A DNA stretch of 62,947 nt, filler included, from Sphacelaria rigidula (lineage: Eukaryota), in assembly GCA_964200075.2 (NCBI GenBank). It is 6 parts of 6 records of this genome, joined end to end, with 100 filler letters (N's around TTAATTAATTAA, not from the genome) between each part and the next. Parts side by side here need not be neighbours in the genome. Positions count along the whole stretch, not along the records: positions 1 to 10,409 come from CAXNAA020006545.1; positions 10,510 to 20,918 come from CAXNAA020006546.1; 4 more parts are not named here. One strand, 5' to 3'. The notes below the pieces were generated by a model. The model was not told the DNA's origin and searched no databases. It was given only the letters and a program-made list of their open reading frames with translations. The translations under genes and the position numbers were made by a program. Each line of letters starts with the position of its first letter. Position 1 is the stretch's first letter. Shown here one piece after another: positions 1 to 12,553 of the stretch.

Positions 1-371
1 AACACCCTAATGAGCCTCTTTTTTCGTGCAACCAAATACCCCCCCCCTATCGTAGGATGACTCAATCAATACGTTCGTTCGAAAGATAATCCGTAAGCAG
101 AGATGGTTGACGCTGTGGGGAATCAACACGTATATTGGTCGCCACCATACTCCAGCGACTGATTCTAGTGGGCCGGGCAACAGACGAATCACAGGCCTCA
201 ACTCAAGCCAACCACGGGGGGTAGGTCAACCCGTCAACAGAAACACGGAGGGGGCCACACAGAAGACACGCCTCGTTCCATGTAGTGAAGATTTTGCTTA
301 CACGGGTCACGACTGACTAATAAATACAGCTGATGCACACCTGCGACCGCATTATCACACCTCACGTTCAC

Positions 372-3300
372 CTCTGCGAAACTGCTGTTCTATCGTAGAT
401 ACGAGCCTTTAACCCTGCACAAGGGATAGCACCGGCGGCGGCAGCATTTACTGTACACTCCCGGGTTTCACCGTGCAGGATATGGATGCAGTAGTACACG
501 ACAAGTGCAGAAGAAGAGTTATGCGCCTTTTCCCCCCGGAATTCGCCGAGAGGGGGGCGACAAATGATGGAGGTTCCGCAACGCGGCACGATTGCTGAAG
601 GGCAGCCATTTTATAACTACTTCACACCTTGGACAATATATGGTCAATAGTTGCAATAGACAAAAGAAACGTGCTGCATAAAGTACGGGCATATTGCGAC
701 TACTGTCGGCCGGAAATAGTTGCAATAGGCCTATACTTCATGCAGTACACTCCTCGTCTATTGCATCTATTGACCATATTTTGTCCAGGGTGTGAAATAC
801 TTGCGAGTGCTATCCTTATGTATCTCTGTCCATGTGTTGACAGCTCGTCGTTTCGGGGCAACACACACACTCTCCTGTACTGCACGGTGCTGTACTGCTT
901 CCTCTGTCACATGAATTAGGGCACTTGCGTTTATTTGGATCCTTGATGCATTCTCATGCCCTTCTCTTTCGCCAAAGTCAATTTTCTTTTTCAAGAGGCA
1001 TAGCTTCTGACCTTACGCGGCCAAACGGCTAAAAAACAAAATCAATTGACGATCCGAAAATGGCCGTGATTCGCCCCATGTCCGCGGCCCAAAAAAAGTA
1101 GACACGTCGGGAAAATGGTGAAGACAAAAACATACACTCTTGAAAGCCTAGCTAAAGCTCGTCCGAAACCACTTTGTCGCGTATTCCCTCATGTCCAGTA
1201 CACAAATGGAAAAGCCGATCGACATTGGCAAATCATGAATATTTAGTGGCCGAAAATAGGCCAATTTTGAGACGAATAATGAACAAAACGGAAATACATC
1301 GATTCGCTTTTCCTCACTGGCTTCTTCCATGTTTCATTTTTCCACCGATGTAAACTTTCGCACCGTACACATAACGTCGTCGGGTTGAACGTTCCTTGCA
1401 GACTCAGAGACTTTAACCAATGGAACAGAAGAAGTATGCGCGGACACGTGTATACGGGGTGACCGAAAAGGGAAGAGCCACAATGGCATGAATATTTGGG
1501 ATTATCTGTAACACAACATGCGCACATGACGCGCTGTTTAAAAGAACAAACGTAGCGCAAAGGAGAGTCCAACTGAAAAAATCCAGAATCCGGCCAAGAG
1601 AAAAACTGGGAGCACAAAATATCGGACAAGCGTGCTGGAATCCTCGTGAAAAATAGAGAAAATCTTTCCGAGGAGGCCGAATCCGCCAAGGTCCGTATTT
1701 CGCCAATAATCCGCGATGAAAGGTTCAAAAGGGCAGTTTTCAGACAGATTTTTTTCAGTCTATAAGAAGCGGCCTGAGGGTATGAAACGAAATGCTTGAG
1801 AAAATGAATGGAAGGCATATTCTATTATCGGATACATGTAGGACGTGTGCGAATCTTCTTCTGCATCGCTGGTACTTTTCTTCGGCCCGCAGAAAAAGTT
1901 CCGTGTGGGGGAAAAATACCCCTTCCTTTTTTTGTTTTTGTTTTCTCCAAAGCAAGTGATCCTGTAAACTCTCCACGGTTCGGACGAATCATCGCCCGTT
2001 CGACTCAACGAATCCACCATTTTTCAGGTCCGATTGCTCGAAAGAGAAAAAAATCTTCACCACTGGTCCAAAAGGTCTCCACGCAAATTTTGCGTAATTC
2101 CACGTACCTGGGCAGCGCGTACCTGGGTTGCGACGCTGAAAATAGAGCCTAGGAATTGATTCTTACTGTACGAATCAATTACACTAGAATCAAGTAATTT
2201 CCAGACGAGTCGTTAGTTCGTCCGACCCTTGAAAATCTCCGAAGAAAATTCTCCCTGCCGTATACGAATAAGCATCTCGAGCACGTATGCACTACCCTGC
2301 ACCGCACAGCAGAAGCTGCTACGCATACGTACACTGCGACAAAAAAACAAGCCACAGACCCTACAAAACAGACCCAGCCTTCGTGTCGCACCCACATTTG
2401 TCTTTTTCATTTCACATGAACCGGGGAGAGATAGATGGATTGATCCCTTGAGACCACGGACTCGTCCGGAGGAAGGGGCGGTTGTTCAAAGTGCGACGAA
2501 TAAAATAATAATGAAATCGTCATCGTAATTATAAAATGATAAACCTTATTCAGCCTTTCCTTTCAAGGTGTGACTTTTTCTCCCTCCTTCAATCTCGTCA
2601 TGCATGTCCCTCCTTCACGGCCAACCGTACGTTACCTGAAGGAGACACGCCGCCTCGGAAGCCACCACCGCCAGCAGGATGTCCCAAGGGCGACTTACTG
2701 CTACCGCCACCGAAGAATCTGCGGGCGCTCATTCTCTTTGAAGCGTACATGACCCCCGCGGCGCCACTCAATTCTCCACCTCCTCCTCCTCCTGCTGCTC
2801 CTGCTCCTCCGACAGAGATACCCTCACCAACGCCGCTAACGCCGCCGCTGGCTACAGACGGGCTGACCGCGAAGATGGTATGTACCGCTCCACCAGGGCC
2901 GCAAAAGAAGCCCCCGTCGCTTGTTGCCCTGATGGGTGTGTGCGCGCGTGTATCATACCTCGGTGGGTCATACTCCATTGTGTGTGTGAACGTGCATGTA
3001 TGTGTGTTTCCGTGTCTACCGCCGCACTTCTAACCCCTTCCCGTTCTCGGGAACACCACTCCGTGGACTCGAGGGATCAACCCACCTCTCTCCCCACGGG
3101 ACACGCCTTACATTTTGGAATCGCAGATTATTCATTAGATCAGCACTACTTGTACTACTCCCGGACTCCGTGGACTCTCGTCGCATTACCGGGGTTTTTT
3201 GCCATCATCCCACATCCTTACGTTTTTTTGTTAACAAGCGAAATCAGATATTTCGCACTAAAATAAAAAACTTGCATTCGCCGAGGAGCGGACCCACATT

Positions 3301-5040
3301 TTCTCAAGAACTAACTGCCATCGCTTGTTTCAAGCACGCCACCGGGGCGAAGCGGCTCGTGGAGGCAGCATCGACGGCGGCGCGATAGCCATGTATGGTT
3401 GGTGGTCCGGGTTTCGAGCCCTTGCTCACGACCGGTGTGGGCTGACTACTATAAATGCATTCGCGCATTTGGAAGCGAGTCACAAGCGCTGTTATTTATT
3501 GCATTGACACACATGAACCCCGAAAATGACTGCCGTGCTTCGCAGTCAAGAGGGTTAAAAGGACACAATGAGACGGGTATCCGCGACGATCTTGTTGTTG
3601 ATGGTAATGTCGTTACCGATACCGTTGCTGTGTTTTGTCGTCGTTGCTTTCATTGTCGCCGTCGTCATCGCCGTCGCTGTTTGTGTCGGGGTTATTTTTC
3701 ACAGGTTTAATTGACCGAATAACCCGCGAAAAAAGACATGGTATTCAGAAAAAGAAAAAAAAACTTGCAGTCAAAGTTATCATATGCTGAAAGTCACGTG
3801 ATTGTAATTGACTCGTGGGTGCACCTTTCATTCCACTCTGATATAATACGATTTCAGTAGACCGTGCTTTTCAACACAGTGCTGCCTCTAAAACGGCGAA
3901 TTCCACATGAATGCTACTACGGCACACGAATCTCCGCCACCACCATCTGCCCGCGAAACAATAGGCCTACACGAGGAAACGTTCAAGATGAAAATACTTG
4001 GCCGACAGGATGATGACGATACTCGAAGGCCGACTTGCAATACTCCACGAGTCAGGTGATAACCCTTTGCAGTAAATTTTCGTCGTAATTTAGTGTAGAC
4101 ACTCACGTGCCGGGTGCCGACGGTGGGCTATTAACGTCCTCCCCTCCCGACTCCTGCGCCCTCTGTTGCTCGACCTCGATGCGGAGGTGCGACCCAACTG
4201 TCTTCATGTCCAAGTCAGGGCTACCGGGAACGCTTCCCGCACTCGACCTATACGTGAAAGAAAACACAAACAAAAACGCGAGGAGGATCGATGTTCGATG
4301 TGCTGAATATGATGTTCCATTTCGGAAACGTTTCAGAGCGATGTCGAGATCGATTTCTCGATTGGGACCTACCTACCCGTCAAGGCGCGAAAAAAAAAAA
4401 AAGGAGCAACGTCAAATATGGTCTCGATCACAACGAGAAGATGTCGAAACAGTTTCAGGTCCCCATTGGCTTTTTCTTTCAGTTCATTTTTCAGTTCCAA
4501 TTCGTTCAAGGCATTTTTCATTTCAATCACATTTCGAACACATTTTATTTCAGTTCAATCCAGGCATTTCAGGTCAATTCAGTTCAATTCAGATTTGGTT
4601 TCAGTTAATTTTCAAGCCTTTCCATTCACTCGCACTGTCTTTTTTGTAACCATCACCTGTTGCTGCCGTTGCAGTAGAAGCTGTCGAGATACCATGGACC
4701 CTCTCCTTTTCCCCCCGCGCCTCCTCCCCCGCCCCAACCCGGCGGGCTTAGTACAGAAGTGGCTGAGTCCGAATTGCCGTTGCTAGTGATTTTGCTGCTA
4801 CGCCTGGCAGGTCGTGAGAATACTCCCCCGACACTACCATGACTACCACCCGACATGCTCGTGCGGCGACGGCGGAACGACTCCATCGGAAATCGATCCA
4901 TATTGCCGAGAACGGTGGGGGTGAGGGCCAGCAGCGCCGCCGACGGGGACGATAGGGGCGAGTGCAAGAGCTCCGGGTTTATGCACTGGGAGTGCCTACG
5001 CGCCGGCTGCTCCCCGCCGCCACCAAGTCCGGATCCACAC
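372..5040 (-). CDS. Partial multi-exon gene, Gly/Ser/Pro-rich low-complexity protein of unknown function (exons 5040-4657, 4247-4107, 2928-2636, possibly 414-372)
   Basis: The open segments are bounded by canonical AG/GT sites (tacag|GTGTGG...AACAG|gtgatg; tatag|GTCGAG...GGCAC|gtgagt; catcag|GGCAAC...TTCAG|gtaac; tgcag|GGTTAA...CAGAG|gtgaac) and their phases are mutually compatible. No start, stop or recognisable domain found. Confidence 0.6.
623..794. mobile_element. hAT-like MITE, family A (TIR CACACCCTGGACAA)
   Basis: CACACCTTGGACAATATATGGTCAATAG...CTATTGACCATATTTTGTCCAGGGTGTG, flanked by AACTACTT/AAATACTT (7/8 TSD). Related to 53369-53537. Confidence 0.85.
1974..2231. mobile_element. hAT-like MITE, family B (TIR CACGGTTCGGACGAA)
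   Basis: Terminal inverted repeats with AAACTCTC/AAAATCTC flanks (7/8 TSD). Aligns along its whole length with 19512-19768. Confidence 0.85.
3271..3348 (-). mobile_element. Degenerate tRNA-derived SINE-like element
   Basis: On the minus strand it starts GCCCCGGTGG, like 21130-21198, has a degenerate B box (GGGTCCGCTCC) and ends ATGCAAG before a T-run. Confidence 0.4.
4478..4620. repeat. Degenerate TTCAG/TTCAA pentamer-rich tract in an intron
   Basis: Repeated TTTCAGTTCA(A) units are directly visible. Confidence 0.6.
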
Positions 5041-5780
5041 CTGTACGTTGGTTGATATTTTGATGAGAGAGTGGAGTGGAAGAAATAATGCCGTCGCGGA
5101 AAAAAGTATAGCCTTAATTTGTGCTGGTAATTTTATTGCAACAAGTCAATTCTTCAAATGTGATTGACTTTTGGCCGGTCATCTTTCGAAATTCTGTCGG
5201 TGTCGTCTTGTGTCATCGATGGTGTGGCACGCGGAAACGGGGAATGACGGGGAGGGGGGGCGGGGGAGTACTAGCCCCCTAATCGCAAGGGTGGGCCATC
5301 ATCTGTAACACCAAGATAATCCACCTTCGCGGGCAAGGGGTCGAATTGTAAATCAAGTGATGAGAGACTCCAATTATGGAGGTCATGAGTTCGAATCCTG
5401 ACATATTCTCTTTTTTTTCGTCCGTCGTAAAGGTCGTACATTACGCAGTACATTTTCTTCTTCTTTTCTTGCATTCAGCGGCGGTGCCGTGTGTTACCAG
5501 GTTGGCCCACACTTCACAGTGATATGCTTACATCGGATTCATTCGGGGAAATGGAAAAGCTGTGGGGTGAGCAACTTTCAGGCGCTTTTAAGCTGGCCCA
5601 GCTCGTACCTCGTCGCCGGTTGTGAAGGGTGTTGATCGTGCGATGCCGGGAAAAATGCCGACCTCGACTTTGCAAGCCCGGAGTGCATTGGATGAGGTGA
5701 AGATGTCGTTGAACTTGAAAAAGAAGGAACACAACGAACGATGCGAAGTAAAAACATCGGGAGGGCAGCGGGGCGGGGGG

Positions 5781-5839
5781 GGGTACTCATTTGTTGCTAG
5801 CCTTAGTCGTGTGACCATTGACCACGCATCCCTTTCGAG
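5781..5839 (-). repeat. Dispersed 60-75 nt motif, copy 1 of 4 (others at 10336-10409 -, 35960-36033 +, 53985-54043 -)
   Basis: Shared core GGGATGCG.GGTCA.TGG.C...CGACTA.GGC......A...ATGAGTAC.CCC found in three different contigs. Confidence 0.6.
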
Positions 5840-6105
5840 ACTGAGGCAGCGGCAGCGGGGCGGGGGGGGGGGATATCGGTGGACACAGAAAGTAAGCACA
5901 ACTGCGCACAGCACCTTCCTAACATCTCTAAGGCTCTGAACCCCGATCCCTCATACCTCCGTAGCGGGTTTCTGACTTGACGAGGCAGCTTGCTAGCTAT
6001 CTTGGGTTGATCAGTCGATTTTTTATAGGTACTTCACGTTAGCCGATCCTGCACGAACCCCGCTGTGGTCATTAGATAGATAAAAATACTCCACGGTAAA
6101 TGATT

Positions 6106-9100
6106 CACATCCTGGAAAAAACTTTATGTTTTCAATATATATTAATCGATCATATTGGAATTTTGCGATATATTGCTGGCGAAATATAAATTGGTACCCT
6201 CGAACTGCACACGTATTGCGCACCCAATATATATATATATATTTATTGATATATATATATTGATATATTGATGTCATGGGACTGCATGCATATTGCCCGC
6301 CCGATATATGTACATGTATCCTCTCACTTTTTTCACCACTTTTGCCGAGTTTTCTCTGGCGGCAAGGCATCTCATCACGCGCTTTCTTTTGCAGTGCACG
6401 AACAAGGCGCAGCGGTACATTACCGTTCAGGTTTGGGTGTCATCTGATACCTGTGGCGCGTGTTCTGGCCACCGAAAGTCGCCCGCAATGGCTCTTATTC
6501 GCGGGGTGTCGATCCCGAACCACAAACGCCTTCCCAAGTTCATGAAACACTTCAAGCAGCAGGATGGTGGTTGGCGGGGTATTTTCCCCCCGTGTTTCTC
6601 TTCGTCGGGTTCTCGTTCATTGGGGAGCACGAGTACACCGCTTATGCTGCCAATGTCACGAGAACATGAGAGCAATGCAACTGAAAACAATTGAACATTA
6701 CCTTGGCCTTAGTCAGCAGCAAACACCAGACCGTGCGGTGAGCCTTTGACGAGTTGAAACAAGGCACACACGTGGGCAAACGTCCCCACTGTGGGTCAAC
6801 TGTGTAAAACCAGCAAAGCGGGGTGCCGAAATCCCTGTGATCATGCAACCCGTAGGATGCACCTGTGAAGAACTGGCGCAGGGATATCCTTGCGACAGGG
6901 TTGACAGGTTTGTCCTTGTGACAGGGATGACAGGGAGAATCATACGAGCACGCACCTCATGTATCTTTCGACGGCTTATTAGTACTGCATTTTCAGTACA
7001 AGTCAAGCTTTACTTTTCCTTGTGGATTTCTCCGCCGTTTCTGAACGAACTAGCCTGAAAATTGGCACAGAGGTAGACCACAACACAAACAGCATATTCC
7101 CGGATCGGCGGCACGTTTTACGTGGTGCGCCAGACGCACGAAGTCAATACGGATTCTGGGCAATGCCATCGATACGCCCTCAAAACTGAGTCCCCTCGGC
7201 CCACACTGTATGAGATGTCAGTGGATGCATATATGGACACGCAGATGCGCTCACTTCCACATCATGACCTGCTGGGTGGCTCCTGCCCCGGCAAACGAGC
7301 ATCGATCCGTATTGGATGATGTCATTTTCCAAGGTCCTATCTTGGTATCGCCTGTAGAGGTACTCACTTCAGAAGGCGCGGTCGTGAAAGCGCTGTCAGT
7401 GCTTTAATGCGCAATGTATATTACGCACATGTATCATTTTGCTTTTTCACCGCTTTTGCCGAGTTTCCTCTGGCGGCAAGGCATTTTTTCCCACACGTCC
7501 TATTGCAGCGCACCGAAAAGGCTCAGCGGTACATTACCGTTCAGGTTGGGGCGCCATTTGATACCTGTGGCGCGTGTTCTGGCCACCGAAAGTCGCTTAA
7601 ACTGGTCCTTTTTCGCGGGGTGTCGATATCGAACCACAAAAGCCTTCAAGATCGTGGAAAACTGGACAAAATATATATTTTCGACTTGCGTCACCCCCGG
7701 GAGGCCCGTACCAACCGACCGAAGGGGAACCTTGTATATATATATATATATATATATTGGTACTACTGTGAGGTCGAAAACAAATTGTCCCATCAATATA
7801 TATTGGGGCAGTGTGGGCGATGGCATATTGCACGACCAATGTGCCGTTCTGTTCGACTTTTTTTTTTCTTTCTGTTCCTTATCTTCTTCAGAGCGTGTTT
7901 CAGTTTCGTTTTTCTTGGGTACGTCTATCATGAGACCACAGTTGGATCCCTGGGGGGTCAGTTAAAGTGCGACAATCAATCAATCAACCAATCAATGTAT
8001 ATTAGGGTCGCATTGGTGAAAACATTCTAACCGGTCGAAATATATTGGGTCTGTGTGGAGGCCAATGCCCGGTCAATAAAAATTGGGTATCATAAGCATG
8101 GTGTACACTTTAAGAAAGATCCAGACGCAGTGGATGCCGGAGACCGTGCAGATTGGGAAAAGCTTCGAAGGGAGCCGCAGAGGTCCGCGTGCATTGCTAC
8201 GAAGAATTGTCGAATTCGTTTGATATATATACATATTTTACTATTGTTCATTATTTCCGCACATATATTGGTCAGAAAATATGGTGGCAGAAGAGGCGAC
8301 CCGGTCCATATGTCTGCTGTTACCTATCTGGCCACCGGTACAGGGCCGCCCATCCCCTTCACAGCATGTAATATATCTTCGGTGAACATCATGACGACAG
8401 AAAACGCGGGTCGATATGCGTCTTTTGGTACCCCTGTGGTCATCGGTGCTGTGTTGCTTATACCCTGGACAATACAATATGTTCCAATATTATCCAATAC
8501 TTTGTATTGCAGACAGCGTAATTATTGTCCTTTCAATATATTGTGTGTTGAGATGTCCTCGGAGATATTGAAGCAACAACATATATTTCTCGAGTCATGA
8601 TCGTGAAGTAATGCATGACAATACATATTGGACATGCATCTGCGCCGGGAATGAAACATTCAATATACATTGAGCATGCCGACCGTGTATGTATCGAAGT
8701 GTCAATGTGTAAATACATATATATTGAGTCGAAGCGATGCGTAAAGTATTGTTACCATAATATATATTGAGCGCAAACCGTGCAAAATTTTTTGTTTTTC
8801 CAATATATATTGCGCACGCTCATTGCATAGCTATTGCTACACCAATATATATTGAACACGCTCGCGGAGGAATATATTGAGCGTTTTCGGCATCTAGTGA
8901 TAAATCTTTCAATGGCGCCAGCGAACATAGAACTGCCCACTATACTAATCCCAATACCCTTTTCAATCTTCATGTTGAAAATCAATACATATATATGTAT
9001 ATCTTGCTGCACCAATATGTATTGTGACCGTCCCTTCTCTCGTGTGTTGTCCCCCCAATATATGTTGGACGCATTGACGCACGACATATTGGGGCAATAT

Positions 9101-9439
9101 ATATTGGTGCTCCGGGTGTTGAGTATATTGAATCAATATTTATTTACCTCGTGTGGCAGCCAATATATTGCTCGACAAATATATATATCAGTGCCTTACC
9201 CACCAACATGTTACTCGGCCAATAAATATTGAGGTGGCGCGTGTCGTGATATATTGTTCGGTCGATATATATATATATATATATATTGCATGTCGCGAGA
9301 CCTGACACATTGATGTCACAATGTATATCGACCCTCTCTCGAGCCATCATATTGCCCGCCCGATATATATTGACCACCCGACGCGTCGACAAATTGCGCG
9401 GGTGATACATATATTACATATTGTACCGTCCAGGGTGTG
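6106..9439. mobile_element. 3.3-kb composite non-autonomous hAT-like element, family A ends
   Basis: Left end CACATCCTGGAAAA, right end GTCCAGGGTGTG, flanks AAATGATT/AAATGACT (7/8 TSD). Dense CAATAT(AT)nTG motifs, and a second internal left end (TATACCCTGGACAATACAATAT) at 8459. Confidence 0.75.
6329..7647 (+). repeat. Diverged ~205-bp direct repeat pair (6329-6533 and 7444-7647)
   Basis: Both copies read TTTTTCACC.CTTTTGCCGAGTTT.CTCTGGCGGCAAGGCAT...GATACCTGTGGCGCGTGTTCTGGCCACCGAAAGTCGC...CCACAAA.GCCTTC. Confidence 0.9.
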
Positions 9440-10409
9440 AAATGACTGAAAACAAGTTGAACAAAATCTCGGGCAGAAAACGAAAAGCAGAGAGCAAACA
9501 CATGTGGCTTCACAATATTGAAAGGGGGCCTATTTCTCTGCAGATTCAAGTAACCCGCGTGCACGCCTTCCCGCGTAACATCCATGAAATTGACCCTTTC
9601 GACCGCCCGGACCTCTGGTTGGACGCTAAATCGACGGACACATCTAGGGGATGAAGGTCGGAATTGTTGTTTTGGTGGAAAAACCATGTCCACGTGGATT
9701 TGCACAGCCGTCGCTAGTCATTTACCGCGCGTCGACGTTAGGCGTGCATAAGCCGCGACCAACGGTAAATTTCATCGTGATGCAGCACACCAGTGGCGAT
9801 TGCGCAAGCCGTCGAGTATTAGAGTAGTGTGATTGCACACGGAGTACACGGAGGCATGCATGTACAAACGTGTCAAGTCATCACACACAGTGGCAGCGAT
9901 GCATATGACGGAGATAGTGCGTGCCCTCCCCCCTCAATCAACCATTGGCAAATGCTGCTGAACGGATTTTGATGACAACTCTCTTGTGTTTCATCACCTC
10001 ATGTTAAACGCTCGTGCCCGTACAACGTCCATTTTTACGGTTACAAAAGAACATCCTCCAAAAGCTTGCGGAATTGTCAGCGGACAAATTTCGGCCAAGA
10101 ACACAACCCGTGGGCGTCCAAACCCCGAGGTTGGGTTCAAAGACGCCTTAACCCGGACACAAAGCTCCATTGTGACCAAGTCGTCGGTTGGGCGGACAGC
10201 GATCTCTTGCAGGGAGCTTGAAAACGCAACAAGGAAAATAGCAATGCCCCAGCGCACATTGACCTCAACAATCTAGGGGCTGCATACAGAATAGGCATGC
10301 TTGACGGTATGTGTAATGTAGGGGAGGGCGGAGTGGAGGGGGTGTACTCATGATCATGCATGCCATAGCCATAAGACCATTGACCTCGCATCCCTACGAT
10401 GCCGGGACG

Positions 10410-10509
10410 NNNNNNNNNNNNNNNNNNNNNNNNNNNNNNNNNNNNNNNNNNNNTTAATTAATTAANNNNNNNNNNNNNNNNNNNNNNNNNNNNNNNNNNN
10501 NNNNNNNNN
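10410..10509. other. Artificial contig linker (N-run/TTAATTAATTAA/N-run)
   Basis: 100-nt linker containing a six-frame stop 12-mer. Confidence 0.98.
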
Positions 10510-11869
10510 TGGGACTTCAACCTCATATTATGGTTCAACCCCAAAAATTAGGATCGGCTGTTTGTGATGGCGTTACTGGCGGAGTTGCACTCACGCGCCA
10601 CATCTTTGCGGGATACGTGGAGATCCGAAACACTCCAGATGCACTCCTGCGACCCGAAAATGTGAAAACCCGATTCTGGTGGGCAAAACACACTCCAGCC
10701 ACTCTTTGTTTTACAGCACAGTCCCCAGCGATCGCGGCTTCGAATTTGCGCCCAACCTCATGTTTTATAATATGGTGGTCGACCACGATGAACGTCGGGC
10801 TCACGTACACACCTCACGCAAGCGACACCAACCTGACCCCGCAATACTTACACCCCCTTGCAATTAGCCGACCCCGCTACCGTCTCGGCCGGAGTGTGGT
10901 GCCCTATGTTGCCAGACCCGACGCACTGTCTGTGGTCCAATGATACGGTCAGGGGAGTCCCACACTGGGGCTCTCAGCGCTGCACTTCTCTCTCCGGCGA
11001 TAGTTGGTAGTACGGCCGCTGCTGCCTTCCATCCTACATCAATCAAGAAGTCTACGTCACCTCTCTTCGGACCCTTGCGTGATGTATTTCGGCGCTCCCC
11101 GCCATAATATATATGCACCAAGTCACCGTGGCGCGCTGCGGGCATGGCATGCTCCTTTGTTGGATTCCGGTGAGACCCCACTCCGGCTCGTATGTGGGCG
11201 AAGCGGTGCTCGAGGATATCCTGTGCGCGCTGAGAAGCTGGGGGTGCAATCCGCCGTCCGCGACCCGTATTACATGGGCAAACCCGACTACAGGATGCCG
11301 CAATACACAGCGGAAAACGGTTGGGAACACACGCCGATTAAGAAGAGAGCGACAAATGTTATTCCAAACTTCGCTCGGTTTAAACTATACATGGCCTATT
11401 CTCAGCTGGAGTTCGAGAGTCCTTTGGCCAGACTCGGTATGTAGGCAGCACACGGGGAAATAACCCCAACATGTCCACTGGCACACCATTTTATTGTTCT
11501 TAGCTGCGCACGCTGCTATTGGAATTTCAAATAGGTTTTTGCCATCCACTATTGCACACCCAATGCTGTTTTGTCATAACCTTTGACAGGGTGTAATCAG
11601 TGTTACGGTGTGGGTTATGGTCACGTTTCCCATCCCCACCCCTAAAATGAAGACGCCGCGGAGATAAGATATGTGAACATGGGGTTAGATCGCGACGACA
11701 GTAGACCACAGCTGTACAATGTACCTAGAGCTACGTTCTCATCGCAGTGTCGCTCAATTCTATCTAGTACAGGTCACAAACCAGCGATGGATATCCCTTA
11801 CAAAACTTGTAACTATTTGTACAACAAAAAACGTCATTTTCTCCTGTACCGGGCTGACACGCTGGATAA

Positions 11870-12553
11870 ACCAGTGCTACGCCGGGGGTTAGTGTCACGT
11901 TTGCCACCACCACACCGTTTGGTCAGGAATCGAGCAGGGAAGGCCTGGGACTGTTTACGGTGGAGGCGATGAAGCCCGAAGACTCACCGCCTATGGCGTT
12001 CATGGGTTCCTTTGTGATGTGCGATTTACTTCTGTTAGGGCAGGCGATGGAAATAGATGGTGTGCCTAGATACGAAATCTGTAAAGCGCCTCAGTTTTTG
12101 AAGTTGTTGCAGCCAAGGGACGTGTCGAACGAGGGTTCGACGTTGTACCTGAAACCCGAGCGTAGGAGCTTCCTGTATTACATGAACTCGTCCGAACCTG
12201 TCGAGGACGACACGCATGTTGTACCCAGCAGTGTCTTCGCGAAGGAGCACGACACCCCCGTAGTTGATCGTCAAGAGACGAAGTCGATACTGCGAATCAG
12301 CATTGAAGGCATAATGTTCAACGTCACACGCCCGATTGGTATGAGAGAGGAGCTGCTCTGCCAATATCCAATTTTCGGGGGGAACGCGGATGTGCAAGGT
12401 GTTGGTTCCCAGGGCGGTTCGCCCAATAGAGACGTAGCAGACCGTACAGTTGATGGCAAGACGAGACGGGGCGGCGAGGAAGAGTCGAACGGCGACGACG
12501 GTAGTTCGGACGGTGGTGCTGATGATCAGGACCTTGATTATGTCCCATCATGA
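11870..12553 (+). pseudogene. Divergent SET-domain ORF remnant (intronless) with acidic tail
   Basis: In-frame EGLGLFTVEAM...MAFMG (matches GxGLFA...EYxG), LYYMNSS (matches RFINHS) and IMFNVTRPIGMREELLCQY (matches IxAxRDIxxGEELxxDY), in the order seen in SET domains. A stop at 11867 lies just upstream. Confidence 0.6.

Noticed and set aside
917-1964. Possible 1-kb TIR element (TAGGGCACTTGC...GCAAGTGATCCTG)
   Set aside because: The inverted match is short and imperfect and there is no TSD.
8459-9439. Stand-alone 980-bp MITE
   Set aside because: The flanks GTGTTGCT/AAATGACT do not match; the TSD pairs 9439 with 6106 instead.
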